Assembly: GCF_024521635.1 (NCBI RefSeq)
Contig: NW_026250410.1
Location: 496,001 to 560,000 of the forward strand
Direction: 5' to 3'
DNA: 64,000 bases
DNA from: Tricharina praecox
Lineage: Eukaryota
Notes under the pieces: model-generated
The model's input: only the letters and a program-made list of their open reading frames with translations
The model's database searches: none
Told to the model about the DNA's origin: nothing
Part shown: piece by piece, positions 61,265 through 64,000 of the stretch
How the letters are laid out: every line of letters begins with the position of its first letter
Numbering within the stretch: position 1 is the first letter of the stretch
Made by a program: the position numbers and the translations under genes

Positions 61265-62936
61265 ATGAACGGCACAGAGGATGTTCCCGTCAGCGCCGCC
61301 CCTCCGCCGGACGACACTGACGTTCGATCGGTGTCATCGGATAACGACAACGACAACGAGCACGTACGCGAGAAGCTGAAACATACCACAATTGCGGCTT
61401 CGGGTTCTGTCACCGGCGACTCGGGCTCAGGAGACCAGGAACCCGAAGACGAGGTTATGGCTTCGCAGTCCTCGGTGGATGAGGTGCGGCGGGCGAGGAA
61501 GCGAAGCCATGATGAGAGTGAGGAAGACAAGGAGAAGGAGGAGGGTGAGAAGGACGGGAACCGGAGGAAGGTGCCGAAGCCCCATGAGAGGAAGAGGAGT
61601 AGGGAGGTTACAGAGGCCGACAGGCTCCGGTCTCGTTCTGTCAAGACTCCTCCGACTCATCCAGAGGGAGCTGAGAGGGCGCAGCTGGAGAGGGTGGCGA
61701 GTCCCGTGGGGCAGCTGGAGAGGAAACGAAGCTTGGGAAAGCTGGATAAGGAAGAGGAGGAAGACCAGAAGAAGAAGGTTTCTAAGACCGAGGAAGAGCA
61801 ACGCAGGAAGGAAGAGTCGGAGGCACAGAAGAAGGACGGCGAAGACACTGCAGGAATTAAGGTTAGCCACATGCCCTCCCCCCCAACTCCCCGCTCCTTC
61901 CCCACTCCCCATATTGAACAAAACTAACGAGACCTGCTTCTACTGGCAGCTTCCCGAGAATAGCGGTTTTGCCAATACTTCGGTTAAATCTCCGTTTGCG
62001 GCTGCCAGTGCCGGAGTCAATATCTTTGGCGGTAGTGCCAATTCGACGAACCTCTTCGCGAACTCCAAGTTCGGCGCTCTCTCGGGGTCTTCGGCTTCTC
62101 CCTTCGGAACTCTGGGCGCCAAATCTGGATCCCAGAGTCCTTTCGGACCGTTCGGAGGCAAAGTCCCATCTTCTGGGTTCGGATCCGGTTCGGCGTTCGG
62201 CAATCCATCCGGTGGTTCCGTATTTGGTGGTGGCTCTGTGTTCGGAGCGCCGGCGGCACCAAAGCCGATAGCAGCACAGAAGCCATTCGGTGCGCCAGAT
62301 GATGACAAGACCGATGAAGACGACTCGGAAGATGAGGACGGGGAGAAGAAGGATAAAGCGGCGAAGGATGACGACGGTTCGGGCAAGCCAATCGTGCTTA
62401 AGGAGCAGGAGGGTAGGTTTACCATTGCGGTGGTGTTGGGGCGGTTGGTTAATGGAATCTTGACATAGTTATGACCGGCGAAGAGGACGAGACTACCATC
62501 TTCAAGTGCAATGCGAAGATATTCCAATTCGATACCGAAGCCAAGGCATGGAAGGAGCGCGGTAAAGGGCAGCTCCGAGTTAACCGGACTACACCTTCCG
62601 TCGGCGACTTCGGCCTGGCCAGCGACGATGAGGAGGAGAAGAAGGAGCCTCGGAAGAAGTCTGCGCGGTTGATCATGCGGACCGATGGAACCTATGTTGT
62701 CATCCTCAACACACTTATATACCGGGAGATGAAGATTGGCGAGGAACCCACAACCCGTCAACTGCAGTTCTTGGCACAGGACAACGGAGTCCTCACCAAT
62801 ATCACGGTCAAAGTACGCATCACCCGCTTGGTTCAGACCCTCACGTTTGCTAATATTGGAACAGGTGGGCAGTGTCACTGTGGCTAAGGAGCTGCACAAG
62901 CACATCAGGAATCTGAAGAAGGAGATTTGGGGTTAA
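61265..62936 (+). CDS. RanBD1-domain protein with FG-rich region (Yrb2/RanBP3/Nup2-like), multi-exon
   Basis: Charged N-terminus with basic clusters, SGFANTS, many FG/PFG motifs, RanBD TGEEDETTIF..KAWKERGKGQLRVN..ARLIMRTDGTYVVILN. Confidence 0.85.
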
Positions 62937-63733
62937 CTTTCGGCTTAGACTGCGATTTGGTGCTATTGTTCGTTTCTTGATTCCAATGATTGAGGGGGTG
63001 GGGATTGTTTTTCTACAATGTGTGTGTGTGTTTGTGCGTGTGTGCGTGGAACGATGAGGCGAGATGAGTGAGGTTTGTACACTGGATACGACTGTTTCTG
63101 AAATGTCACTGGACGGGAGTGACGAGAAGAGGAGGCATGTGATATTCAATCGAGCTCTTGGTTCCACATATTGGCGTTTTTACAAAGTGGTGGTTGGTGG
63201 TGTTATCATTTCCCTTCCTTTTGCATTTCCTTCTCTTCTCTTATCTTACCACACTATGCTACTATTACCTTTCCTTGTTATCTGGTCGTTATGGTCCGTT
63301 CTATTGCTTCGTTCTGGTGGATTACTCCTTGATACACTTTTATTTACCTCGCTTTTGGTTCGTTCGGGAGTTACAGTAATGGATACTTATCTTCTCTTCT
63401 GCTTCTCTTCTGTGTGTCTTAGAGGGTCCTAGCAGTATGATAATATACTTCTGGAGTCATGTTGGAGTACTGTACATGTATTTACAAATCGTACCCGCAG
63501 CCGTCTCCGCCTACCTACCTACCCCTTCCAGCCCAGATCTAGAGTGGTGAGAAATGTAAAGTGAAAGTGAAGTGAAGATAATATACAACTAAAAGGAAGA
63601 GAGACATGAAGGACTCTCAAACAGAAAACTGCCCCCCATACATAATCGGTTAAGGAAAGACCCGCCGCCGTCGCCGCTGTCGCCACAAATGACAAAAACT
63701 CCATGCCGTCCTCAATTCGTCAATATACCGTAC

Positions 63734-64000
63734 TCAGTTGGACCTGCCGTCTCCACCCTGGTTGTTATCGTGATGGGTGAGCTTGTCCCAGATACGCTTT
63801 AGCAGGCCGTGGTGGCTCTCGTCTCCTTGTTGTTGGAAGGAGGAAGAGGAGGAGGAGGAGGACTCCGAGGCGGCGCCCTTGTCTTTGGCTTCGTTGGCGT
63901 ATTGGCTTACGTTCATTATGCGCTTGGCGGACTTGTCGTTAAATTCATCGGCCAGCAGCTCGAGGAGTGTGCGTTGCGAGGGGGTGAGGGATCTATAGGG
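63734..64000 (-). CDS. MDJ1: 3' end of a probable mitochondrial DnaJ/Hsp40 (partial, runs off window)
   Basis: Open frame LTPSQRTLLELLADEFNDKSAKRIMNV...HGLLKRIWDKLTHH resembles fungal Mdj1 C-termini as I recall them; the J-domain is outside the window. Confidence 0.65.
   Translation of the reverse strand, partial: PYRSLTPSQRTLLELLADEFNDKSAKRIMNVSQYANEAKDKGAASESSSSSSSSFQQQGDESHHGLLKRIWDKLTHHDNNQGGDGRSN

Noticed and set aside
41625..64000. Functional gene cluster among the right-hand genes
   Set aside because: Unrelated housekeeping functions; no biosynthetic backbone or shared pathway.

Overview
Eukaryotic genomic DNA from a filamentous ascomycete: short GT-AG introns with CTRAC/CTRAT branch sites, an intron-containing tRNA, and long microsatellite-rich intergenic tracts. 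A Pezizomycete origin is only my impression. Recognisable genes are mostly core housekeeping: AFG1 ATPase, Rad4/XPC, SET3-type PHD-SET, SMC2, RPL32, a rhodanese, CTK2-type cyclin, PNS1, LEU1, ZNG1/CobW GTPase, a Yrb2/Nup2-type RanBD protein and the 3' end of MDJ1, plus tRNA-Pro(AGG). The left ~23 kb is more accessory-like. It holds an orphan ORF, an RBR (RING-IBR-RING) E3-like gene lying between inverted copies of a PIF/Harbinger-type MITE (one intact 427-bp copy with 26-bp TIRs and TGA TSD, two truncated/nested copies), a spliced three-finger C2H2 protein, a secreted/membrane protein and a possible TA-flanked MITE beside the tRNA. About 10 kb upstream of SET3 has no recognisable gene. I did not find a convincing new multi-gene system; the MITE family and the RBR gene it brackets are the best leads. 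Gene models were spliced by eye and names come from motif recognition, not database searches.
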